DNA of 32,000 bases from Fibrobacter succinogenes subsp. succinogenes S85. GTDB taxonomy: Bacteria; Fibrobacterota; Fibrobacteria; Fibrobacterales; Fibrobacteraceae. Below, piece after piece: positions 1-8,004 of the stretch. Location of the stretch: the NCBI RefSeq assembly GCF_000146505.1, contig NC_017448.1, forward strand, positions 930,001 to 962,000, given 5' to 3'. Below the pieces are notes generated by a model. It did not search any database and was not told the DNA's origin. It saw only the letters and a list, made by a program, of their open reading frames with translations. Within the stretch, counting starts at the first letter, position 1. Each line of letters begins with the position of its first letter. A program made the translations under genes and the position numbers.

Positions 1-1277
1 TGGAAATCCTTGTCTGCACCGGCACTGAGCGTCGTATGCGTTTGGCTATAACCGTCAATAAATGTTCTTGCAGATTCATCCGAGAGCTTTCCCGAACGGA
101 ATCCGGTCGTATCACGCAACGTATCGCTCAAGCTTTCGCGAACAAGTCCTGCATGGAAGCTAGCCCCAAACTTCGAAGCGTACTCAGCGCCAATAACCAA
201 ATAGCTTTGGCTACCATCAATAATATCAATTGAATTGATAGCACCGTAAGTGGACGAAGTATCTTGGCTAATCGTATATTCGTCGGAACTGTACAAGGCA
301 CGCAAAGCCCAAGTCTTGTTACCAAGCGAATCAGAGCCGTTCAACTGGGCATAAATATCAAATGCCGAAAGGTCAAACGGGTCCGAAGACTTCACCTTGC
401 AGTCGCCAGAGCAATCGTCACCTCGCTTGCGGAATTCCGTAAAGAACTTTTCGCCAAGGTTCTTGAGCATATCGCCATCAAGGCGGCGGAACGCAAAGCG
501 GAAGCTATCCCAGATAAAGAACGGAGCATCAAGCACAACTTCCTGGAGCGTAAGACCGGCAGAGCCTCTCAGCCCCCACTCGCCCTTCGTCTGTTCCGGA
601 ATGTATTGGATAGATGTCGCCAAGCCCTGACCAACAGGTCCCTGTCCATAATGGTCATGCACTTCAATCCCGCTCAACGTATGCGGATTGATGATAGACA
701 AGTTGCCCGGGAAACCCACGTCCAGGTGGCGCATGTTCGGGATGCGGAGGCGGCCCAAATGATAGGCAACATCGCTTGCACGAGATCCATCGTAATAAAG
801 GGCGCTACTAAAATCCTTCTGTCCAGAAACACCAGGCATCTGGCTCAAGTGTTCCGTCAAGTCAAAACGCATGCCCGCTGCATCTTCGAGCTTTTCGAGT
901 TTCACTGTACGTTCAACTTCCCACTTGATCGGTTCGCCATCGCCAATAATCGTGCTTGCACCGAGATTCGTGACATTCGTGCTGAGCGTAATCACCATGT
1001 CCAGGAGGTCAGCATAATCCTGCAAATCCACAAAGACGCTATCGAAGCCCTCTTTCTTGAACACGAGCGATGCATTCTTGGAATCCACCGTGAGTTCAAA
1101 ACGACCTCGGGAATCCGTCTCCCCGATTCGCTTGCCAGACTGATACGTAATAGCCACATCCTTGACTGGCAAATCCGATTCTGCTTCAAGGACGACACCG
1201 ATAACCGTTGTAGGCGAAGCCGCAAAGACCCCAACCACAATAAACAGGACAAAACTGAAAAATAAGCGGAAATTCAT
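1..1277 (-). CDS. Outer-membrane TonB-dependent-receptor-like protein with an N-terminal carboxypeptidase-regulatory-like domain (N-terminal part only; the 3' end lies beyond the window start)
   Basis: It is absent from the ORF track because it is open at the window edge. My reverse-strand translation from the ATG (complement of 1275-1277) is stop-free down to base 3. It reads MNFRLFFSFVLFIVVGVFAASPTTVIGVVLEAESDLPVKDVAITYQSGKRIGETDSRGRFELTV..., i.e. a signal peptide followed by a CarboxypepD_reg-like module. A plug-like segment follows (...MPGVSGQKDFSSALYYDGSRASDV...). The listed + ORF 264..1265 is its antisense shadow. Confidence 0.6.
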   Translation of the reverse strand, partial: MNFRLFFSFVLFIVVGVFAASPTTVIGVVLEAESDLPVKDVAITYQSGKRIGETDSRGRFELTVDSKNASLVFKKEGFDSVFVDLQDYADLLDMVITLSTNVTNLGASTIIGDGEPIKWEVERTVKLEKLEDAAGMRFDLTEHLSQMPGVSGQKDFSSALYYDGSRASDVAYHLGRLRIPNMRHLDVGFPGNLSIINPHTLSGIEVHDHYGQGPVGQGLATSIQYIPEQTKGEWGLRGSAGLTLQEVVLDAPFFIWDSFRFAFRRLDGDMLKNLGEKFFTEFRKRGDDCSGDCKVKSSDPFDLSAFDIYAQLNGSDSLGNKTWALRALYSSDEYTISQDTSSTYGAINSIDIIDGSQSYLVIGAEYASKFGASFHAGLVRESLSDTLRDTTGFRSGKLSDESARTFIDGYSQTHTTLSAGADKDF

Positions 1278-1331
1278 ACTTTCAAAATAGATATTTTATG
1301 CAAGAAAAATTCATGTGGTTCCTCAACATCT

Positions 1332-1340
1332 TATATTATA
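1332..1340 (+). promoter_or_regulatory. TATATTATA box (-10/-7-like) ending 3 nt before the ATG at 1344; possible leaderless transcript
   Basis: The same 9-mer occurs at 2997-3005 and 12780-12788. There is no Shine-Dalgarno sequence between the box and the ATG. Confidence 0.3.
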
Positions 1341-1343
1341 CGC

Positions 1344-2141
1344 ATGCTTAAAGTTTATTTAGTCCAATTTGACAGCGCCAAAGGCAACAAAACCGAAAAT
1401 CTCGCCCGTGCAAAGAAGATGATTCTCGATGCAAAGCCCAATGCGGGGAGTCTCGTGCTCCTTCCCGAGATGTTCGCCACAGGGTATGTCCCCGCAGACC
1501 TCGACAAAGCCGCTGAAGACTTCAGCTCAAATTGTACTGGTGAAACAGCACGCACCCTCTCCGAAATTGCAGACGAAACGAACTGTACCATCATGGGTGC
1601 AGGCATTACCCGCGCAAGCACCGGATTTTATAACCACGTAAGCATCTACAAGCCCAACGAAGCCCAGGAATTCCGCGGCTACAACAAAATGAACTTGTTC
1701 TTCCCCGAAAAAGAAAGCTTCAAGGCGGGTAGTGAAATTAATTTATTTAAGTTTAACAATTGGTCCATTGCTTCGTTTATCTGCTACGACCTGCGATTCC
1801 CCGAAATTTTCCGCGAAGTAACCAAAAAAGGCGCAAACCTCATCACGATCCAGGCTGCGTGGCCCGCCAAGAGACGAGCCCATTGGGAAACGCTCCTCAG
1901 AGCCCGCGCCATTGAAAACCAGGTCTATATCGCCGCCGTAAACGCCGTCAGCGAAAGCAACGCCCAAAAGCTCCCGCTTGCAGGGACTTCCCTCATTATT
2001 TCGCCAAACGGAGACATTCTTGCCGAAGGACCGACCCAAAGCGAAACGGTCATTTCTGCCGAACTGGACCTCCAAGCTGAACGTGATTATCGTAAATCCT
2101 TCCCCGTTCTCGAAGGCATCGTCCCTCCAGAATTTTTATAG
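1344..2141 (+). CDS. Carbon-nitrogen hydrolase family protein (nitrilase/omega-amidase-like)
   Basis: 265 aa. It has the family layout: an N-terminal beta strand VYLVQFD, the LPEMF glutamate motif, and the catalytic-Cys motif SFICYDLRFPE. Confidence 0.85.
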   Translation: MLKVYLVQFDSAKGNKTENLARAKKMILDAKPNAGSLVLLPEMFATGYVPADLDKAAEDFSSNCTGETARTLSEIADETNCTIMGAGITRASTGFYNHVSIYKPNEAQEFRGYNKMNLFFPEKESFKAGSEINLFKFNNWSIASFICYDLRFPEIFREVTKKGANLITIQAAWPAKRRAHWETLLRARAIENQVYIAAVNAVSESNAQKLPLAGTSLIISPNGDILAEGPTQSETVISAELDLQAERDYRKSFPVLEGIVPPEFL

Positions 2142-2372
2142 AACTGGCGCAAATCATAGACCCATCCGTACGAATCAAGTGAACTGAATCACACTATAAA
2201 TGGATGTGGTTCAAAGGCTCTTGGACAATCAGTCAAGCTTAATTCATTGACTATCAACGTGTTACAGAACACAAATTTTATATATTTGCCAAAAAATTTT
2301 CTTTCCAGTATTGACATTTTCGTCACAGAAAGATTATTTTTATATTACGTCTTTTAAGAAAAGAGGCTTAAT

Positions 2373-2510
2373 ATGGCAACAACAAGTAAAATTGACGAAG
2401 CAAAAGAGCTCATCAAAGCAGGGCTCAAGCGCGAGCTGATTTTAAAAATCACCTCTATTTCGGAATACGAGTACAGCCTTCTCCAGCGTGAACTCCTCGC
2501 TACGGCATAG
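2373..2510 (+). CDS. Small hypothetical protein (45 aa, helical)
   Basis: An ATG is preceded by AAGAGG 6 nt upstream. The product is MATTSKIDEAKELIKAGLKRELILKITSISEYEYSLLQRELLATA. It is below the 60-aa cutoff of the track, and the antisense ORF 2354..2542 overlaps it. Confidence 0.35.
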   Translation: MATTSKIDEAKELIKAGLKRELILKITSISEYEYSLLQRELLATA

Positions 2511-2512
2511 GC

Positions 2513-2875
2513 TTGCAGCTCATTCTGAACATACCCGCCCAAAAAGCAACCGACGGTGCTTCACGCAAGGCCGCCGTTATTGCTTGTTATAAAGACGGGA
2601 GTCTCCTGCTCGATGCGAGGGATAACCTCAAGCCCGCAAGATTTACAATGTATCCGTCCGACAACTTTCCATGGACGGAATTCATTGAAAAACTGCTTGC
2701 CGCATGGCAGCTCTGCGATTACAGCGATGTTCCAGAAGCATTCAAGCCTATCAAGCAGATTCCCCCGTTCGTGATTGAAGGTCTACCGCGTGAACCCGTC
2801 CCGCAACAGCTCAAGGTTCTAGCTTCATTGCGCACGCAAGGCTATTTCGCCCCTCTCCAAAATCCGGGAAAATAA
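2513..2875 (+). CDS. Hypothetical protein (120 aa from TTG; 76 aa if the internal ATG is used)
   Basis: The frame opens at 2492, and the first start is TTG at 2513, 2 nt after the stop of the 45-aa ORF. Composition is coding-like. I recognise no family. Confidence 0.5.
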   Translation: MQLILNIPAQKATDGASRKAAVIACYKDGSLLLDARDNLKPARFTMYPSDNFPWTEFIEKLLAAWQLCDYSDVPEAFKPIKQIPPFVIEGLPREPVPQQLKVLASLRTQGYFAPLQNPGK

Positions 2876-2891
2876 TTTAGGGCAAAAAAGA

Positions 2892-2962
2892 AAAGAAAGT
2901 GTCCTCTCCTAATCCGTATCGACCAAACATCGACCATAATCGAAGACACTTTCTTTGTTTTT
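2892..2962 (+). terminator. 12-bp perfect inverted repeat with a 41-nt loop and a T-run; candidate terminator or structured element
   Basis: AAAGAAAGTGTC (2892-2903) pairs with GACACTTTCTTT (2945-2956), followed by GTTTTT. The loop carries ATCGACCA at 2918-2925 and 2929-2936, and ATCGA at 2939-2943. Confidence 0.35.
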
Positions 2963-3060
2963 CCAAGGAGAATCCACCCTTCCATCTCCTACGTTTTATA
3001 TTATACATTATTTTGGTCAAATAGATTATTATTAAAAAAATATTTTCTAATCAAAAATTA

Positions 3061-3068
3061 TATATTCG
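3061..3068 (+). promoter_or_regulatory. TATATTCG box 4 nt upstream of the ATG at 3073 (TAnnTTTG-like -7 element); possible leaderless mRNA
   Basis: TATATTCGGACTATG has the same spacing as TATATTATACGCATG at 1332-1346. No SD is present. Confidence 0.3.
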
Positions 3069-3072
3069 GACT

Positions 3073-4257
3073 ATGAACCTTATCAAGTATTTTAGCAAGC
3101 AACGTTGGTTCATGGGAAAAAACAGAACCATCTTACGCGCGGACACGCTTGACTCCACAGAAGCCGGCAACACGCGCATCAGGCTTATCAAAGTTTCGTT
3201 TGACGATGGCGAAAGCGACATTTACACCATCATCGATGACGAAAATGCGGTCGGTAAAATTCTCGAAGACGCATTCCTCGATGGTTCTCAACAGTCTGTT
3301 TTCGCAGGCGACTCCGGATTTTTCTCGTTTAGAATTACATCGCCATTTTCTAGGGCTGCGCTCACTAGCATCAAGCCCGTTTCAAAGGAACAGAGCAACT
3401 CCGCATTTTGCACACCCGGCAAGTTTTTCTTCAAGCTATACCGCAGGCTAGAACCGGGTTTACACCCCGAAGCCGAAATCCTTGAAGCGATGAACAAGGC
3501 CGACAGCAGCCGAGTTCCAAGGCTTTACGCCGTCTGCAATTACAAGGCCAAAGGCGGTGAAGTTTACACGTGGGGAATCCTCGAAGAGCATTTCCCAAAC
3601 GCACTTGACGCCTGGAGCGAATTCTGCAAAAACATGGATAGCACGGACGCTTTCCAGCTCGGGATGTCCACCGCGCAGATGCACGAAAGCCTCAAGCGTT
3701 TAAGCGGGCCCAAGTACAGCGGCATCGAACCGCCATTTGACCGACTGACGCAACTTTTGAAAAACTCCACGGATACCGAGTACGCTCCGAAATTGCGCGA
3801 AAAGCTCCCGGAATTGCGCATCCGCTATAGCGACTTGCTCCGCGAAACGTTCAGCGACAAGACCATCAAAAAGCAGCGCATCCATGGGGATTACCATCTC
3901 GGGCAAGTGCTGATTACGCAAAGTGCAAATGGCACAAAGCATTTCGAGATTATTGACTTTGAAGGGGAACCCACGCGCAGCCTCGACTACAGACGCACCA
4001 TCCGCTCCCCCGCTGTCGATATCGCCGGGATGTTGCGCAGCTTTGCCTATGCAGGCGCCGTCGCCAAGACCGACCCGACCGAAGCTCAAAAGGCTTTTGT
4101 CACAGGATATTCCAAGGTCTCTGGGATTTCTACCGAAGAAATCGAGAAGGAATCCAAGCCCTACATTCTCGCAAAAGCCATCTACGAAGCATGCTACGAG
4201 CTAGAATTCCGCCCCGACTGGTTCTGGATTCCCGCCAAAGCATTGCTAGAGTTATAA
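3073..4257 (+). CDS. Maltokinase-like kinase (Mak/Pep2 family, aminoglycoside-phosphotransferase fold)
   Basis: The N-terminal cap motif is KQRWFMGKNR. The catalytic loop is IHGDYHLGQVL. IIDFEGEPTRSL...AVDIAGMLRSFAYA matches the maltokinase signature DFEGEP...AGMLRSF. Confidence 0.75.
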   Translation: MNLIKYFSKQRWFMGKNRTILRADTLDSTEAGNTRIRLIKVSFDDGESDIYTIIDDENAVGKILEDAFLDGSQQSVFAGDSGFFSFRITSPFSRAALTSIKPVSKEQSNSAFCTPGKFFFKLYRRLEPGLHPEAEILEAMNKADSSRVPRLYAVCNYKAKGGEVYTWGILEEHFPNALDAWSEFCKNMDSTDAFQLGMSTAQMHESLKRLSGPKYSGIEPPFDRLTQLLKNSTDTEYAPKLREKLPELRIRYSDLLRETFSDKTIKKQRIHGDYHLGQVLITQSANGTKHFEIIDFEGEPTRSLDYRRTIRSPAVDIAGMLRSFAYAGAVAKTDPTEAQKAFVTGYSKVSGISTEEIEKESKPYILAKAIYEACYELEFRPDWFWIPAKALLEL

Positions 4258-4295
4258 GAAAAGCAAATAGGAACGCGCCGCGGTCACATATTTTT

Positions 4296-4303
4296 TATAT
4301 TTG
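4296..4303 (+). promoter_or_regulatory. TATATTTG (TAnnTTTG-type -7 box) 8 nt upstream of the cysE ATG
   Basis: It is an exact match to the Bacteroidetes-type -7 consensus TAnnTTTG. There is no SD before 4312. Confidence 0.35.
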
Positions 4304-4311
4304 GCGTCATC

Positions 4312-5100
4312 ATGACACCAGAAGAAATGGAACAGTTACTCCGCAAGGACGCAGCAGAGCTCGTCAAGACCGAGCCGTTTTCGAAGTTGATGCTCGAAGA
4401 GCAAATCCTTAACCGCAAGAATTTTGCGGATATGCTTGGAGTAACCCTCGCTTGTCAGCTCGCCGGCGAAGTCATTGACCGCGCTGAACTCGAGAAGATG
4501 TTCCGAGTCATGTACGAAAAGTATCCCCAATTGCTCATTTGCGCGACAAAGGACTTGCACGCAACAGTCCTCCGCGACCCCGCTTGCACGGGTCCCCTCG
4601 AACCACTACTGTTCTTCAAGGGATTCCAAGGACTGCAAGCCTACCGCGTAGCCCACGTCCTTTATGAAGAAGGCCGCCACTTCCCCGCCAAGATGCTCCA
4701 GAGCATCATCAGCCGCAAGTTCGGCATGGACATCCACCCGGCAGCAAAAATTGGCCACGGACTTTTGGTGGACCACGCCACAAATATCGTCATCGGTGAA
4801 ACTGCGACCGTCGGGAACAACGTGAGCTTTTTGCACGGCGTGACCTTGGGCGGTACCGGTAACGAAATCGGCGACCGTCATCCGAAAATCGGAAACGGCG
4901 TGATGCTCGGTGCGCACGCTCAGTTGCTCGGCAACATCCACATTGGCGATGGCGCAAAAATTGGCGCAGGCGCCGTGGTGCTTTGCGATGTTCCAGCGCA
5001 CACGACTTATGCAGGCGTCCCTGCCGTTCAGGTGGGTCACCCGCACGACGACATGCCGAGCTTCAACATGCAGCAAGATTTCACGCGCGACAAGAATTAA
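4312..5100 (+). CDS. cysE: Serine O-acetyltransferase
   Basis: An SATase N-terminal helical domain is followed by left-handed beta-helix hexapeptide repeats (DIHPAAKIGHGLLVDHATNIVIGETATVGNNVSFLHGVTLGGTG...DRHPKIGNGVMLGAHAQLLGNIHIGDGAKIGAGAVV). Confidence 0.9.
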   Translation: MTPEEMEQLLRKDAAELVKTEPFSKLMLEEQILNRKNFADMLGVTLACQLAGEVIDRAELEKMFRVMYEKYPQLLICATKDLHATVLRDPACTGPLEPLLFFKGFQGLQAYRVAHVLYEEGRHFPAKMLQSIISRKFGMDIHPAAKIGHGLLVDHATNIVIGETATVGNNVSFLHGVTLGGTGNEIGDRHPKIGNGVMLGAHAQLLGNIHIGDGAKIGAGAVVLCDVPAHTTYAGVPAVQVGHPHDDMPSFNMQQDFTRDKN

Positions 5101-5132
5101 ACGGAAGAACGTCCAAAGCGAGAATCGCGCAA

Positions 5133-5765
5133 ATGAACAAGGCCACGAAAATCAAATTCATTAGCGATAAGCTAGACGAACTATACCCTAGTCCACCCAT
5201 CCCGCTAGATTTTACAAGCCCATTCACGCTCCTCGTGGCCGTTGTTTTAAGCGCTCAATGTACAGACATTCGCGTGAACCAGGTGACAGCAGTCCTCTTC
5301 AAGGAAGCGAACACCCCCGCCAAGATGATCAAGCTCGGCGTCGACCGCATTGCCGAAATCATCAAGCCCTGCGGTTTCTTTAACACCAAAAGCGTGAACA
5401 TTTTCAAGCTCTCGCAAGCACTCGTCGAAAAGTTCAAAGGCGAAGTTCCACACACGTTCGAGGAACTCGAAAGCCTCCCTGGAGTCGGACATAAGACGGC
5501 AAGCGTCATCATGAGCCACATCTTTAAACTCCCTGCATTCCCGGTCGATACGCACATTCATCGACTCGCCGAACGCTGGGGCTTGAGCGACGGTTCAAGC
5601 GTTGAAAAGACCGAAGCGGATTTAAAAAAAGCTTTTCCCAAAGAAGAATGGGAAAAGCGTCATTTGCAAATCATTTATTTTGGGCGCAACTACTGTAAAG
5701 CGCGCGGGCATAAAGATGAAGAATGCCCAATTTGCAGCACAATAAGACGAAAGACGAGAGACTAG
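5133..5765 (+). CDS. nth: Endonuclease III (DNA-(apurinic or apyrimidinic site) lyase)
   Basis: It starts at the in-frame ATG at 5133 (MNKATKIKFISDKLDELYP...). It has FTLLVAVVLSAQCTD, the HhH-GPD motif LPGVGHKTASVIM, VDTHIHR, and a Cys-rich C-terminus. The track's start at 4983 would overlap cysE. Confidence 0.9.
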   Translation: MNKATKIKFISDKLDELYPSPPIPLDFTSPFTLLVAVVLSAQCTDIRVNQVTAVLFKEANTPAKMIKLGVDRIAEIIKPCGFFNTKSVNIFKLSQALVEKFKGEVPHTFEELESLPGVGHKTASVIMSHIFKLPAFPVDTHIHRLAERWGLSDGSSVEKTEADLKKAFPKEEWEKRHLQIIYFGRNYCKARGHKDEECPICSTIRRKTRD

Positions 5766-5780
5766 AGACGAAAGAATAGA
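5746..5780 (+). repeat. Heptanucleotide tandem array GACGAAA GACGAGA GACTAGA GACGAAA GAATAGA
   Basis: There are five units with an exact 7-nt period. The nth stop codon TAG (5763-5765) lies inside unit 3. The same word family occurs at 9791-9835. Confidence 0.8.
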
Positions 5781-5796
5781 TTCAACGTCTTTGACC

Positions 5797-6834
5797 TTAC
5801 CTTCTACGCGATGGTGGCGGAGGTGGCACACTATGCGAGCCATGATGACGTTCTGAACGGCGCGATTGCCAACGATCCTCATCGTCATTTGAGCTAGAAG
5901 CCTGCGGCGGAGGTGGTGCCGGGCGCTTGTAATTCGGCGGTGGCGGAGGCGCCGGTCGAGAATTGTTCGAAGAAGCCTGAGCTGAAAGCGCCGATTTTTT
6001 CAAGACATTTGACGAAGGCGACGGAGGAGGTGCCGATGGACGCCAGCCATTGGAATGCGGGCGCGGCGGCGGCGGCGGATTGTCAAAACGCCTAGGCGCA
6101 GGCCTATCATAACGAGGCCTGTCATTTCGCGGCCTTACATGGCGGCGCGGAGGCGGTGCATAGCGGTGTGGACGGCGATAATGCGGGCGGCGATGCACCC
6201 AATCGTAATAGAACGGATCCCAGCCCCAATAAACGAGACCAGCTCCAGTCCAAACTCCATTCACATAACGGAGACGAATATTCCCGTCCGAAACAACGTA
6301 ATAGACAACACGCGGGTCGTATTCCGGAACGTACACATATTCTTCGCGGACCGGTTGGATTGAAACATTTTCATCAACGGTCACCGCAATCTTGTCATCG
6401 CTATGCAAATAACCATTCTTGTGGGCAACCTTGCGCATTCTCTGTACAGCGTCCATCACATCGGCTTTCTGCATTTCAACTGCTTCACCAAGCTGATTCG
6501 CCCATGTGGCGTATTTTGCAAGCTTGCGAAGAACATCCGGAAACGGGATAAGCGCAATCACCGACTCGTCGTAATCGAGTTCGGCTCGTTCAATTGCGGC
6601 TGCCAAATCATCACCCTTCAAATGGCGATTTGCAGTTGCAAACGCAGATGCACTCGGAAGGTCATCGCCATGCGTTGACGCATCCAAAACGTGCACCAAG
6701 AGCGGGTCCGGATAAAGCGCAATCGTCGAAACAAGCGTATCTAGTTCCGAAGGCGTATAGCGCGTCTGGGCGTTCGCCAATCCTGCCAAAAGAAACACCA
6801 ATGGCAGAACGTATTTTAACGTCTTTTTAAACAT
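5797..6834 (-). CDS. Secreted DUF3300-like protein with an Arg/Pro-rich C-terminal tail
   Basis: It starts at MFKKTLKYVLPLVFLLAGLANAQ (ATG complement 6832-6834, with GGAGG 5 nt upstream). LVSTIALYPDPLL...ALIPFPDVL is typical of DUF3300. The C-terminal ~130 aa are PPPP/RP repeats. Confidence 0.7.
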   Translation of the reverse strand: MFKKTLKYVLPLVFLLAGLANAQTRYTPSELDTLVSTIALYPDPLLVHVLDASTHGDDLPSASAFATANRHLKGDDLAAAIERAELDYDESVIALIPFPDVLRKLAKYATWANQLGEAVEMQKADVMDAVQRMRKVAHKNGYLHSDDKIAVTVDENVSIQPVREEYVYVPEYDPRVVYYVVSDGNIRLRYVNGVWTGAGLVYWGWDPFYYDWVHRRPHYRRPHRYAPPPRRHVRPRNDRPRYDRPAPRRFDNPPPPPRPHSNGWRPSAPPPSPSSNVLKKSALSAQASSNNSRPAPPPPPNYKRPAPPPPQASSSNDDEDRWQSRRSERHHGSHSVPPPPPSRRR

Positions 6835-6909
6835 AGGAACCTCCTTATCCTTAAAATACATCTTATTAGATGCCGCCGACCACCTCTTGGTTTCAAGATT
6901 ATCCAAAAA

Positions 6910-7902
6910 CTACTTTTGATTAGCCCAAATCAAGTAATCCTTGAGGCCCTCGATTTGCTTTTTATCCAACTGGAACGATGCCGTCGGATAATCCAGAAGG
7001 AGTATTTCATAGAATACAAATTCGCTCAATTTATCCGCATTGAGAGCTTTATCAAGCCGTCGAAGCACTTCAACTGATTCCTTAAGGGATTTATTTTCCA
7101 TAAAGGGCAGTAAGCCCATCAGGCATTCACGGTACATGGTTTGCGGCATTAGCACTTTTTTCGCCTTTTCTTTATAATAGGGTTCATATAGCCATGCCGC
7201 CTGAACAAACGCATAATACGTCCAAATGGAATCGGACTGCATATTCACATTCCCAGTCGCAGAGTCACGAGCAATACTCACCTGCGGGTTAAAAGTCCAG
7301 TTCTTGATATTCAATCCATTTAATCCGTAAATTTCCTTGCGCAACGCTTCCAGTCGCGGGTTATTGCGGTTCAGGACTTTCGCGATAGAAATTTCTTCAA
7401 GAGCTTTTTCCTTTTGCCCCTTAACTTTATAGACATCGGCTAGCAACCAGTGAGCGAGAAAATCCACGTAGTTTGCTTCAATCGCCTTTTTATACCAAAG
7501 CTCAGCCTTGTCCCAATTTCGTTCGATACCGTAAGTCTGTCCAATATAAGTTATCGCGCTATACAGTTTCGGGTCTTCTTGCAAAGCGAGAGTGTAAGCA
7601 TCGCGAGCCTTAGCATACTGATGCGAACCAAAATAATTTTCAGCCTTGTCAAGCAACTTTTTAGCCTCGCCCGTAGCCTTAATCGCCTTCACATCATAGC
7701 TATCGCCCTTTTTCTCGCGATAGACCGGGAAGTTGATCAACTGGCTTCGATCTGGTACCGGAAACGGTTTATCCACAATTTTCAGCGAATAAAGAGTTTT
7801 GGATTCATTCACAAGATCCATAGCCGTTTTTAGCGGGTTCTCAACTTCGGCAAAAGAAAGCGAGACAAACACGCAAAGCCACACTAGGATTTTATTTTTC
7901 AT
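6910..7902 (-). CDS. Secreted TPR-repeat protein
   Basis: It starts at MKNKILVWLCVFVSLSFAEV (signal peptide). TPR-like repeats include AKARDAYTLALQEDPKLYSAITYIGQTY and KAELWYKKAIEANYVDFLAHWLLADVYKVKGQKEKALEE. It is more AT-rich than its neighbours. Confidence 0.7.
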   Translation of the reverse strand: MKNKILVWLCVFVSLSFAEVENPLKTAMDLVNESKTLYSLKIVDKPFPVPDRSQLINFPVYREKKGDSYDVKAIKATGEAKKLLDKAENYFGSHQYAKARDAYTLALQEDPKLYSAITYIGQTYGIERNWDKAELWYKKAIEANYVDFLAHWLLADVYKVKGQKEKALEEISIAKVLNRNNPRLEALRKEIYGLNGLNIKNWTFNPQVSIARDSATGNVNMQSDSIWTYYAFVQAAWLYEPYYKEKAKKVLMPQTMYRECLMGLLPFMENKSLKESVEVLRRLDKALNADKLSEFVFYEILLLDYPTASFQLDKKQIEGLKDYLIWANQK

Positions 7903-7951
7903 AAGCCCATTCCTTCTTAGTTTAGTCTGCAAAACAAAATACAAAATAATC

Positions 7952-7986
7952 ACAATAAAACAAAAGACCCCGGCGGTTAAGCCGAG
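7952..7986 (-). terminator. Candidate rho-independent terminator downstream of glnS
   Basis: On the minus strand the stem is CTCGGC-TTAACC-GCCGGG (6 bp including one G-U pair), followed by GTCTTTTGTTTTATTG. Confidence 0.4.
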
Positions 7987-8004
7987 GTAATATGATTCAG
8001 TAAT

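Noticed and set aside
264-1265. A 333-aa + strand ORF near the window start
   Set aside because: The opposite strand encodes a convincing signal-peptide/CarboxypepD_reg/receptor-like protein that is open to the window edge. The + ORF has Arg-rich nonsense-like composition.
2231-2252. The inverted repeat AGTCAA-N10-TTGACT in the AT-rich region upstream of the small ORF
   Set aside because: Six-bp arms in AT-rich DNA are expected by chance, and no second copy occurs in the window.
2492-2513. A programmed -1 frameshift fusing the 45-aa and 120-aa ORFs
   Set aside because: The frames overlap for 19 nt, but there is no slippery heptamer (X XXY YYZ) or downstream structure in the overlap.
4983-5132. 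A 5' extension of nth proposed by the track (start at 4983)
   Set aside because: It would overlap the last 118 nt of cysE in another frame. The Nth homology begins at the ATG at 5133.
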